Assembly (NCBI GenBank): GCA_964016885.1
Contig: OZ024742.1
Coordinates: 222,332,001 to 222,396,000 of the forward strand
Length of the DNA: 64,000 nucleotides
From: Eledone cirrhosa
Lineage: Eukaryota
Direction of reading: 5' to 3'
Positions 13,271 to 24,743 of the stretch are shown here, piece by piece. The notes under the pieces were generated by a model. That model saw nothing but the letters and a program-made list of their open reading frames with translations. It was not told the DNA's origin and made no database searches. Position 1 is the stretch's first letter. Each line of letters starts with the position of its first letter. A program made the translations under genes and the position numbers.

Positions 13271-15093
13271 AGCAACTACAGGATCTCCTACTTCCTCTCG
13301 ATGGTTATACGCCCCATAATCAAGATGTCCCCAGATGTATGTGAAAGTACAGAGGACCTCCTCAGCAGAATCAGTGAGTGCAACAAAAACAGGAGCTTAT
13401 CCAACTGCATAATAGGCAGCATGGATGTGGTGTCACTGTACCCATCCATTAACATTGATTTTGCTGTGAAAAGATGTGTGGAGATGATCATCGAGAGTGA
13501 AGTGGAGTTCTGCGACGTCGACACAGACGAACTGGGCCTCCTACTTAGACTTACCTACGACACTGACTACCTAGACAGCCATGACCTTAGATGTTTCTGC
13601 CCTAGTAGACCTATAAGAGGTAGACCCCCCACCATAACCTCAATGGCAAAAAAGACTCCCATGGGAAGGTGGATTGGGTGGACCAAAGCTATACAGACCC
13701 CCCAAAATACTGATCAGGTAAGAAAAATGGTCGCACGTGCAATAGGGGCTAGTATCAAAACTACCCTAAAGGGCCACATTTTGAAGTTCAATGAGAAAAT
13801 CTACACCCAAAATGAGGGAGCAGCCATCGGCGTCAGCATAGCTGGTGATGTTGCCAACCTTTTCATGGTATGGTGGGAAAGGAGACTTAAAGATCTCCTT
13901 AATGAAAGCTCCATAGACCTCATCATGTACTCTCGTTATGTAGACGATATCAATATAGTTATAAGAACACCCCCACTAGAGAGCACTAACAAGTTTGAAT
14001 TAGAACGTAGCACGATGGAAAGCATCCAGCAGATAGCTAATTCCATACACCAGAGTATAACTGTAACTATAGACTTCCCTTCCAAACACCCTAACAATAG
14101 ACTACCTGTATTAGACACAGAACTCTGGATTAACACTATAGACGAGAGAGCCCAAATTCTCCACTCACACTATGCTAAACCCATGGCCTCCAAATACCTG
14201 ATACTCAAAAACTCAGCAATGTCCAGTAGTGCTAAGTTTAATATTCTGATCGCAGATTTGGTACGAGTGATGAAGAATGTGTCCAGCATGTGCGACCCAA
14301 CAGAAATGGAGAGACACATCCAACACTTCATCAACCGCATGCAGTTCTCTGGCTACAACCAAAGAGACAGAGTCAGAGTATACGAAGGAGCCATGGAAAA
14401 GTATAAGACCCTCATAGAACTGGACATGAAAGGAATTTGCCCATTATACAGGAGCAAATCATGGAATAGCTTAGATAGGGCTAGACATAAGATAGGGAAG
14501 GCCACATCATGGTACGACAACCAGAGATATCAGAGTGTCATGTTTGTGGACGCCACCCCTGGAGGGAAATTAGCTAACCAGTGTAGAAAGGCTCTGAGAA
14601 AGACCCACTTAAAAATAAAGGTGGTAGAAAAGCCAGGAACCACCATAAAATCCCTGATCAGCAAAACCTACCCCTTTAAGAAAACCCACTGTACTAATAG
14701 GAAATGTATCATATGTAAGGTGAACCCCCGGATAAACTGTAAAACTAGAAACGTAGTCTATAGCATAAGATGTACAGAGGGTACTTGCAGAAACACGACA
14801 ACAACATACATAGGTGAGACAGCTCGTAGCATAGGTGAAAGGATAGACCAACACTGGGGGAACTAAAAGGACGAACAAACGGGTCAGTACTATACGAACA
14901 TGCTAGACAACAACATGACGGTAACATAGACAACATAGAAATTAGAATAATATCTAAACATAGGAATGACCCAGCAGATAGGCAAATCAGAGAGGCCAGT
15001 GAAATAGAAATTAGAAGACCAAAGCTAAACAGAAAGAATGAGTGGAACAACAACAACACCCAAACAAACAACACTGACCTAAGAGAAGTATAA
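13271..15093 (+). mobile_element. Penelope-like retroelement ORF (RT + Cys linker + GIY-YIG endonuclease), 5'-truncated, one frameshift at ~14865
   Basis: RT motifs [31 protein letters not shown] and YSRYVDDI; linker [10 protein letters not shown]; GIY-YIG VVYSIRC...YIGETARS. The shifted frame 14866-15093 continues SVLYEHARQQH...RQIREASEIEIRRPKLNRKNEW. Confidence 0.92.
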
Positions 15094-15590
15094 ATAAGTA
15101 AATAAAATAAAATAAAATAAGATAAATAAATACATACACAAGCACAATAACAACAAGCACATAAACACACACTAGTCACCCAGCAGACACAACACTATAC
15201 ACACTGTCAGTCAGCAAACGTAACACTATACACACACGCATGCGCAAAGAAGACAAAATAAAATAAACAAACAAGCAAATAAATAAATAAATATATAGAC
15301 AGACTGAATAAAAAATGGCGTAGACATACAACACAACAGGAGGAAAAAATATAACACCACTGACGATGTGGAACCAACCAACCAACCGGAAATTTATAAC
15401 TTCCTAAATTTATAAATTTATTATAATAAATTGAAGTGAAAGCAACTGGTGCGTGTGTTTCTTATTGGCAACATGACCCTCCCAAAGTATCACAATATTG
15501 GTTTCAACACACGTTTTCAGATAAAGAATCTTGCTAAACAAATTCAGAAACGAAATATATATATGTATATATATTTGCATGTGCCACTGA

Positions 15591-17368
15591 GGCACATGCA
15601 AATAACGAAGCCAGAGGAGTTCTTTGATGCCACAACACTACATGAAGAAATGGCGACCATCAACCACATAGACATAACGGAGGAGGATGTGGTGTACGCC
15701 ACTGATGAAATTAGAACAGACTCAGCTGCTGGACCTGATGGATTCCCAGCATTTCTCTTAAAAATATGTAAGCGGGCCTTAGCAACTCCACTGAAGATGC
15801 TCTTCAGAAGCTCCTTGGCTAGCGGTGTACTACCCAGGGAGCTGAAAGAAGGCACAATATGCCCTATCCATAAAGGAGGTAGCAGAGCGGAGGCCAAAAA
15901 CTATAGGCCTGTCTCCCTGACGTCGCATATCAGTAAGGTCATGGAGCGAGTCGTCAGAAAGAAACTGATCTCTTTCCTCGAGGAAAATGACTACCTGACT
16001 AGCACGCAACATGGCTTGCGCCCAGGAAGAAGCTGCCTTACACAGCTGCTACATCATTACGACTGGGTACTGAAACAACTACTAGACAGCTCACATGTGG
16101 ACGTGATATATCTTGACTTTGCGAAGGCCTTTGACAAGGTTGACCACGTAATGATATGTCACAAACTACACGGACTCGGCATAACTGGAAAAGTAGGTGA
16201 GTGGCTGCATGACTTCCTAAAGGACAGACGCCAGACAGTCACAGCAAATGGGGCCCTCTCAAAGGAAACACCAATAACAAGTGGGGTGCCCCAGGGGACA
16301 GTCCTGGGACCACTACTGTTTGTGGTGGCTCTCTCAGACATGCCCTCTGTAGTACATACAACAACATCCATCACTAGCTATGCTGATGACACTAAGGTAG
16401 CACAGGCAATCAAAAACCCAGGTGACGCTGCGCTTTTACAACAAGATCTGGATGCCATATACAAATGGGCGGAAGAAAACAACATGCAGTTTAATGCTGG
16501 CAAATTCCAAGCCCTACAATACAAACCTCCAAACAAACCTGCAAACACAAATATAGTACAACACAACTACACAGGACCAGGAGGGACCGATATCCCCATG
16601 TCAAAATCGATACGAGACCTGGGCATAGACATGAGCGATGATGCATCTTTTTCCTCACACATCATGAAAGTGGCGACAATGTGCAGATGACTCGCTGGCT
16701 GGATCTTGAGGACTTTCCGGACAAGAGACCGAGACACCATGTTGACACTATGGAGCACATTTGTCCTAAGCCGCCTGGACTACTGCTCCCAGTTGTGGTC
16801 ACCACATAGTGTCAAACTAACCACGGAGCTTGAGGCAATTCAACGAAGCTACACCAAGAGGATTGCCAAGATGAAGGAGATAAGCTACTGGGAGAGGCTG
16901 AAGGAACTGAAACTCTACTCCTTGGAACGAAGACGGGAGAGATACGCAGTGATCTACATGTGGAAAATCCTGGAGGGACTAGCACCAAACTTTGGCATTG
17001 GGAGCTGGACCAACCGTCGAACAGGACGTCACTGTGTGGTGCCAAAGGTCCCGTCTTCCACATCTAGAATAAGGAGCAGGTATTGCAATAGCCTGGGATT
17101 CAAGGGCCCTCAACTCTTCAACAAGCTACCGAGGGATCTGAGAGATTTGCATGACGTGGAGGTGGATGTCTTCAAGAAACATCTCGACACCTTGTTATCC
17201 AGGATCCCGGATGAGCCCACAGCAAGACACGAGGAAAACCTAAGGGCAGCAGCAACAAATTCCCTCTTACACCAGTGGCCAACCTATACAGGCTGGAGAT
17301 AAAATGTGTAGCAACAAGGGCGGTGCCCCAGCATGGCCTCAGCCGGATGGCTGAAACAGGTAAAAGAG
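15591..17368 (+). mobile_element. CR1-clade LINE, 5'-truncated ORF2 with a single in-frame TGA at 16688
   Basis: AAGPDG, NYRPVSLTS, YLDFAKAFDKVDH, SGVPQGTVLGPLLF, YADD, LDYCSQLWSP, LYSLERRRER and FNKLP. ORFs 15449 and 16706 are in the same frame. The 3'UTR stem-loop is GCCCCAGCATGGCCTCAGCC..GGCTGAAAC. Confidence 0.92.
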
Positions 17369-17683
17369 TATATGTATATATATATATATGTATACAGACG
17401 TACAGTAGTATGTATATATATATATACATACATGCACACATATATATATGTACGTATGGATTCACCAAACATTTATTATAATATATGTACGTGTACATAC
17501 TTATATTTAAGTAACAGCCGTACTAAGAGTGGGAAATTTCATTTCATTTCATTTTTTCCGTTTATCGTTTTCGGTGCACCCGGCCGATTAACCCACTCGA
17601 TATGCAAATTGGGCTACTCAGCCGTTAATATGCATAAGGAAAGTATATACTTTCGGACGTTCAACTATCTGGCAGGAAGGTAT

Positions 17684-17726
17684 ACGTTGCTGACGATAGC
17701 TAACAAGCTTGAAACTAGTACAGCGT
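17684..17726 (+). ncRNA. Minimal type I hammerhead ribozyme, family C
   Basis: ACGTTG-CTGACGA-T-AGC(TAACAA)GCT-T-GAAA-CTAG-TA-CAGCGT: 6-bp stem I (one G-U), intact core, palindromic ACTAGT stem III, GUA cleavage triplet. Confidence 0.85.
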
Positions 17727-18011
17727 TCCTTTGTCAGTGTTGAACAAACGAGCAACGGTGGTTGATAAACACTGTACGGCTTAATATGGGATGTTTGTTT
17801 ACAAACACACCGAGCGTTATAATAAATGTTTGGTGAATCCATACGTACATATATATGTGTGCATGTATGTATATATATATACATACTACTGTACATCTGT
17901 ATACATATATGTATGTACGTATACATACTTATATTTAAGTAACAGCCGTACTAAGAGTGGGAAATGAAATTTCGATTCATTTTTTCCGTTTATATACATA
18001 TATATATATAT

Positions 18012-18239
18012 GTAAAAAAACATACAGTCCACTCTGTAATGTGGCTGTGTAGGTAACACTGTATAAACCTCCCAGTCCACACTGTAAACATGGTTGGTGT
18101 TAGGAGAGGCATCCAGCTGTAGAAAACCTGCCAGACAGTCCTATACGAGCAAGACAACCAATCTTGCCTCACGTGGGACAATTCCCGTCTAAACCCATGC
18201 TAGCGTGGAAGATAGACATTAAACAATGATGATGATGAT
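18012..18239 (+). mobile_element. RTE 3'UTR fragment with (GAT)n tail
   Basis: Homologous to the 3'UTR of the 18361-21124 RTE, in inverted orientation. Confidence 0.75.
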
Positions 18240-18360
18240 ATATATATATATCGAGAGAGAAAGAGAGATTATGTAAAATCCTGACTGAGGCAGCAAGCTG
18301 TTTTAAGATTTTACATATATCTACACCCAGTCTGCTCAGTATCAGCACTGCAGACTATAT

Positions 18361-21124
18361 ATCATCATCATCATCATCATCATCATCGTTTAACATCCAT
18401 ATTCCACGCTTGCATGGGTCTGGACGGGAGTTTTCCCACTTGAGGCAAGAGTGATTGTCTTGCTCGCATAGGACTGTCTGGCGGGTTTTCTACGGCTGGA
18501 TGCCCTTCCTAAGACCAACCACATTTACAGTGTGGAACTGGGAGGTTTTTACCGTGTTACCTACACGGCCACATTACAGCATGGACTGTGTGTTTTTTTG
18601 TCGTGACACCTACACGACCTCATTTGTTTCGGGCTGGATGTTGTGACACCAACATAACTTTACATTGAAAGGGATGGGGTGTGGGTAGTGGGACGGGGGT
18701 GTATTTTGTTAGAGGTGCCTACTGACTGTAGTAGGTTTCACTTTGTACTTAGGTAAGGCGGGTCTTCTCTATTACTGTGTAGCGCCAAAGCTCTCGGTCC
18801 AGTGACATTGTCTTGGAGAGGTGTAAGTGTGTGAGGTCGGAATTTATCAAGTCGTCCCAGGTTTTTCTGGGTCTGCCTACTCCGTGGCTACCGTCTATTT
18901 TTATTGCCCTGCACTTTTTTATACAGCTGTCGTCTTTAATGCGCATCACGTGACCATACCAACGTAGTCTTCTCTCGAGTAAACAACATCTGATCCCTCT
19001 TATTTCTAATTTCTCCCTTAGTATGTTTATGCTTTGCCGTTCACGTATATTACTATTACACATCCAGCGGAGCATGCAAGCTTCATTTCTCTCCAGTCTG
19101 CGTATATCCTCTGCACACAATGCCCAGGTCTCACTGCCATGTAACATTGCTGTTCGTATGCAGGCATCATACAGCCTGCCTTTCATTTTTAGAGAGAACC
19201 CTTTAGCGGCCAATAGTGGTATAAGCTCTCTGAACTTTTTCCATTCCGTTCTGACTCTAGCTACTGTACTTTCAGAGCACCCTCCCCCACTGCTGATTTT
19301 GTCACCCAGGTAACGGAAGCTGTCCACTATTTCTATAGAACCATCTGTGCAATGGAATGAGTTAGTATTCTGTGGGCTCTTGCTGCTACTTATTGCACCA
19401 GAGCACCGGCCACATGTAAAATCTATATTCTTAGTTAGCTTACCTGTGATCCCACTACATCTTTTATGTACCCATACTTTGCATTTGGGACATAAAATGG
19501 AGTTTCTACCTACTCCTTTCCTACACACTGAGCATGGCCATTTCCCAGATGGGACCGGTGCCCTATTTTCCTTCCTACAAACTAGAACTTTAGTCTTAGA
19601 CAAGTTAACTTTAAGGCCTTTTGATTCTAGGCCATGCTTCCATGTTTGGAATTTCTTCTCTAGTTCAGCCATTGATTCAGCTATGAGCATTAGATCATCT
19701 GCATATAGGAGTTCCCATGGGCAGCCGGTCTTGAACTCCTCTGTTATAGCCTGAAGGGCAATAATAAATAGTAGGGGGCTAAGGACGGAGACCTGATGAA
19801 CACCAACTTTTACGCTAAACTCTTCACTATATTCGTTGTTAATTCTAACCTTGCTGACTGTTTCTTTATACATGGCTTGTATAGCTCTCACAAGCCATTC
19901 ATCAACACCTAGTTTTCTAAGGGCCCACCAGATAATCGAGCAGGGTACTCTGTCAAAGGCTTTCTCCAAGTCAACAAAAGCTAAGTATAGGGGTTTACTT
20001 TTAGCTAGGTACTTCTCCTGTAGTTGTCGTACAATGAAAAGAGCGTCTGTTGTACTTTTACCTGACACAAACCCGAACTGCATTTTGTCTAGATCAATTC
20101 TCTCTCTGATTAGTTGCGCTATTACTTTTTCTGTGACCTTCATGACTTGGTCAATTAATTTAATGCCTCTATAGTTTCCCCTATCTAGGGCATCACCTTT
20201 ACCCTTGTAGCAATTAATGATGATGCTGCTGCGCCAGTCCTTCGGTTTACTATCCGGGTCACCATAGTGTGTCCCACCATTCCAGATGCTTTCAGCATTT
20301 CGGCAACTATTTCCGAAGGCCCAGCCGCCTTGCCCGTCTTCATGTCTTTGATCGCCTTACGTATTATACTACCTTCAACTTGCACTGCTGGTCCCTCTAT
20401 TGGGTCGATGTGGGGGAGACTGTCTTTCTCCCAATTATTCTCCTCATTTAGTAGCCTTTCGTAGTGACACTTCCAAGCTACCTTCTTATCAGCGTCAGTG
20501 ATGGCAAGTACACCATCATCATTTAGGACACACTTCTCCCCGACAATATCACTGTTTTCCTTGACACATTGCCTAGCAATCCTGAACACCTCACGTTTTT
20601 GGTCCTCGCGTTGTAGAACATGCTTGAACTTTCTTTCCTCTGCTTCCCTTCTTGCGAAGTACACTTGTCTCCTAGCTTCCCTCCTGGCCACTTGATAATC
20701 TTATCTACTTCCCCCATCCCGCCATGCTTTCCAAGCCTGCTTTTTGGCCTTGATTGACCTCTCCACCTTACTGTTCCACCACCAAGTTACTCTCCTCCTG
20801 GCTATAGGCCTGCTCCAGCCACAGGTTTCATCTGTTGCCTTCAGTAGGTTAGCTTTCAGGAATTCTCACTGTTCCTCTATATTGTACGACTCTAATTGCT
20901 CTTCCTGACTGTCGAAAGCATCAAGTAATATGCTTTTAAATTTATTACTGGCTGTGGCGTCCTTTAATTTCCATATTTTTCTCCTGAGGATAGTCCTCTT
21001 CTGTTGTCGAGTACGTCTCGTCTTGACTATGAGGTCGCTAATTATGAGTATATGTTGAGACGTGCATTCTTCATAGGGGAGGGATTTAGTGTTTACAACA
21101 GACACTCTGTCACGTCTCCTGGTA
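18361..21124 (-). mobile_element. RTE-clade LINE, 5'-truncated (APE end + RT + 3'UTR + (GAT)n tail), with a few disablements
   Basis: GKAAGPS, QFGFVSGKSTTDA, AFVDLEKAFDRV, GVHQVSVLSPLLF, LLYADDL, RRLRWYGHVMR and GRPRKTW; main ORF 18749-20143. Confidence 0.93.
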
Positions 21125-21300
21125 ATTTATATATATATATATATATACCCATGCAAGCGTGGAATATGGACGTTAAACGATGATAATGATGATGATGATA
21201 ATGATATATATATTAGAAAAACGAGGAAGTTTCATTTACATGTATCGACCTGTATTTTATATATAGAGATCAGGGAATCCCCAGATGACAGACATACAGA

Positions 21301-22212
21301 TCATCATCATCATCATCATCGTTTAACATCAATCTTCCACACTAGCATGGGTTTAGACAGGAATTGTTCCACTTGAGGCAAGATTGGTCAGGAGACCGTG
21401 TTTCGCTTGTATAGGACTGTCTGGCAGGTTTTCTACGGCTGGATGCCCTTCCTAACACCAACCATGTTTACAGTGTGGACTGGGAGGTTTTTTTCTGTTG
21501 TGATACCTACACGACCTCATATATTTAGGACTGGATGTTGTGGTACCAACATAACCTTACAGAGAAAGGGGTGATGTTGACGGGGGTGGGGGAGTTGGGG
21601 TAGTGGGATGGTGTGTATTTTGGTTAAGAGGTGCCTACTGACTTGATTGTAGGTTCCGCTTTGTACATAAGCAAGGTGGGTCTTCTGTATAACTGTGTAG
21701 TGCCAAAGATCTTGGTCCAGTGACATTGTCTTGGAGAGGTGTAAGTGTGTGAGGTCGGAATTTATCAAATCGTCTCAGGTTTTTCTGGGTCTGCCTACTC
21801 CGTAGCTTCCATCTATTTTGATCGCCCTGCACTTTTTTATACAGCTGTATCACGTGACCGTACCAACGTAGTCTTCTCTCGAGTAAACAACATCTGATCA
21901 CTCTTATTCCTAATTTCTCACTTAGTTCATTTATGCTTTGCCGTTCACGTATATTACTATTACACATCCAACGGAGCATACAAGCTTCGTTCCTCTCCAG
22001 TCTGCATATCTCCTCTGCACACAATGCCCATGTCTCACAGCCATGTAACATTGCTGTTCGTATGCAGGCATCATACAGTCTGCCTTTCATTTTTAGAGAG
22101 AACCCTTTAGCGGCCAATAGTGGTATAAGCTCTCTGAACTTTTTCTATCCCGTTCTGACTCTGGCTACTGTACTTTCAGAGCACCCTCCGCCACTGCTGA
22201 TTTTGTCACCCA
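21301..22212 (-). mobile_element. Second, shorter 5'-truncated copy of the same RTE
   Basis: Closely matches 18361-19306 (KMKGRLYDACIRTAMLHG...). Confidence 0.9.
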
Positions 22213-22472
22213 TCTGTTATATATATATATATATATATTTGTAAAAGGTAAACAGAAATAATAACATAATCGGTACAGTATATGGAAGGAATATATTAGG
22301 TTAATGCTTGAAATAGCAGGAATATATATATATCAGGGATACACAATAAAAATCATATACATGTAAACGAAACTTCCTCATTTTTTCTAATATATACACT
22401 CTGCCTGTGCATAGAGTGCTTGGTTTGGTACCACCACCAGTAATTCACTGAATCACCTACACTAGATGTATA

Positions 22473-22534
<62 letters not shown>

Positions 22535-22689
22535 ATACATATATGACCAAAGATTAATATGGTTCATTGATTACTCAATGAATATAGTTTTACAATAGAT
22601 TAAAAGCACTCTACAGTATTGTTTTCTGGAGTTATTAATATTATTCAAAATATTAATAAATGAAGACATTCACATAATCAAAATATATG

Positions 22690-22751
22690 TTTTATTATAT
22701 ATATTTCGAAGGTACTGTGCTGTTTTTTCAGTACGTCCTCGTCAGATAAAA
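22690..22751 (-). ncRNA. Type I hammerhead ribozyme, family B (intact core)
   Basis: TTTTAT-CTGACGA-GGACGTACTG(loop)CAGTACCTTC-GAAA-TATATA-TA-ATAAAA. Confidence 0.8.
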
Positions 22752-22864
22752 TACATGAATTGATGTATGACATATCTCAATGGTCTTGATGGTTCAATTC
22801 AATCTGCCAATACTGGAATTGAACCATCAAGACTGTTGAAGTATGTCATACATCAATTCATGTA

Positions 22865-22926
22865 TTTTATCTGATAAGGACGTACTGAAAAAACAGCACA
22901 GTACCTTCGAAATATATATAATAAAA
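22865..22926 (+). ncRNA. Type I hammerhead, family B, core mutated (CTGATAA)
   Basis: Mirror copy of 22690-22751 with CG>TA in the core. Confidence 0.65.
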
Positions 22927-23074
22927 CATATATTTTGATTATGTGAATGTCTTCATTTATTAATATTTTGAATAATATATATGTGTGTATGTAAAAGGCA
23001 AACAGAAATAACAGAATCGGTACAGTATATGGAAGGAATATATTAGGTTAATGCTTTAAATAGCAGGAAGAGGG

Positions 23075-23110
23075 TCTTAACGTTTCTGACACTAATCCTT
23101 CATCAGAAGA
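23075..23110 (-). ncRNA. Hammerhead family A, stem II degenerate
   Basis: TCTT-CTGATGA-AGGATTAGTGTCA-GAAAC-GTT-AAGA. Confidence 0.6.
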
Positions 23111-23238
23111 AAGAATGAGAAATTAGAAAGATTGAAGGGACGGGCAGGGCAGAATCGGAAAAAATGTTTCTAAATAGATAGATATGGATATTAGGGAATC
23201 AACAGTGGACAGACAGACAATGTGTTTTATATATATAG

Positions 23239-23568
23239 ACTAGCAGAAAACCACCCGGTATGCGGTTTTCTGCTAGTCTATATATCTAAAACAGAGAATG
23301 CCTGTCTGTCTGTCAGCTCACTAAAACTTGAGAACCATCCAACCGATTGTTTTCAAACTTTAGACATGTAATACTTATGGTCCTGTGAGTGTTTTGAGCA
23401 AATATTATTTCAAATTTTCAGTGCCCTAGGGACCGCATTAGGCGATTTAGCGTTCTCTCTATATAATTCTTAGTCTTTCTTTTTAGATAGATACATAGAT
23501 ATAACGTTGCGCCCTTATAATATCTGTCTGTATGTCTGGCTGTCTGCATTACGTCATTATGACGCGCT

Positions 23569-23600
<32 letters not shown>

Positions 23601-23768
23601 GTATCGTAATGCAGACAGCAAGACATAGCTTTCCTTCCCCTCTTCCAGCGTCTCTCTCTCTCCCTCCCGCTATCCCCCTCTTGTAGTCTGTCTCTTTCTT
23701 TCACTCTCACTCTCTCTCTATGCGTCGGACAGACAGAGAAATTGCTGGTTATATATTATAAGGAGATC
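23239..23768. mobile_element. Non-autonomous Helitron-like composite
   Basis: CTAG terminal palindrome, then TCTATATATCTAAAA, (GTCT)n and AACCGATT..AAACTT. Homologous (inverted) to 29270-29578; 23640-23768 matches 29690-29840. Confidence 0.6.
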
Positions 23769-23817
23769 AGGCAGTCGTCAGTGGACAGACATACAAACCA
23801 TATGTTATATATATATA

Positions 23818-24228
23818 GACCTGGGATGAGCTGATAAAAGCTGACCTTGCCCAATTGCACCTCTGAAAGGCGATGACACAGGACCGTGAACTCTGGCGTC
23901 ACACAGTAATGCAGAAGACCCAACTTCCAACGGGTACAAGCCGAAGCTGAAGCATATAGACAATATGCCCCCACCCCCTCCCACTGCAAAGTTGTCATGT
24001 AGGTGTCACAACAAAAAAGCACCCAGCCCATACTGTAAAGTGGTCGTGTAAGCGCCCATGGTAAAAAAAAGAACCCAGCACTCACTGTAAATGAGGTTGG
24101 TGTTAGCAAGGGCATCCAGCTGTAGAAATCAAGACAAGGTCACCCGACCTGGCACTGCCCACAACAGGACAACCCGTCTAACCCATGCTTGCATGGAAGA
24201 ATAGACGTAAAATGGTGATGATGATGAT
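23818..24228 (+). mobile_element. RTE 3' fragment (second subfamily) with (GAT)n tail
   Basis: TWDELIKADLAQLHL... followed by the shared 3'UTR GGTTGGTGTTAG..GGGCATCCAGC. Confidence 0.8.
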
Positions 24229-24405
24229 ACATAGATAGATATGGATATTAGGGAATCAACAGTGGACAGACAGACAATGTGTTTTATATATAGAGATCAG
24301 GCAATCATCAGTGGACAGACACACAAATCATATGTTTATATATATATATGTATATATATCAATGATATTAAATAAATGGAAACTATATTTATAAAACCAT
24401 ATTTA

Positions 24406-24462
24406 TTCTATTATATATATTTTAAGAGTACCAAAATTTTGGTACGCTCTCATCAGATAAAA
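24406..24462 (-). ncRNA. Hammerhead family B, GAAA mutated to AAAA
   Basis: TTTTAT-CTGATGA-GAGCGTACCAAAATTTTGGTACTCTT-AAAA-TATATA-TA-ATAGAA. Confidence 0.6.
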
Positions 24463-24685
24463 TACTAAGTTTGTTTTATAAATATTGACATATCCAGGAA
24501 GATCTTAACGGTTCAAGTTTTTCCTGGATAGAAAACCTGTCGAGTGCTTTGAATCAGTTATAAACATATATTTGTTTAATTTCCAACAAATTAAATATCC
24601 CTTTTGCTTATATATATATATATATATATGTTTTTGAAATGTGCATAATAAAATACATGGAACTCCTTTAACCATCTTTTGATCT

Positions 24686-24743
<58 letters not shown>

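Larger units (their letters stand above)
22638..22978. repeat. ~340-bp fold-back palindrome carrying two inverted hammerheads
   Basis: Arm 22638-22800 is the reverse complement of 22816-22978 with few mismatches; 15-nt spacer. Confidence 0.95.

Noticed and set aside
12036-13319. YIYIYI-type ORFs (also near 17172-17926, 41334, 50880, 55226, 61671, 62692)
   Set aside because: Translations of (TA)n/(TG)n microsatellites.
15449-15590. N-terminus of the 413-aa ORF as a Penelope-CR1 fusion gene
   Set aside because: Chance in-frame junction through a TA tract between two separate insertions.
16688-16690. In-frame TGA in the CR1 ORF as selenocysteine or programmed readthrough
   Set aside because: More simply a nonsense mutation (e.g. 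CGA>TGA) in a truncated copy; no SECIS recognised.
23770-24320. CTGACGA/CTGATGA on the minus strand (23775, 24305; also 26722 and, on the plus strand, 27211) as hammerheads
   Set aside because: No properly placed stem II plus GAAA and no stem I pairing.
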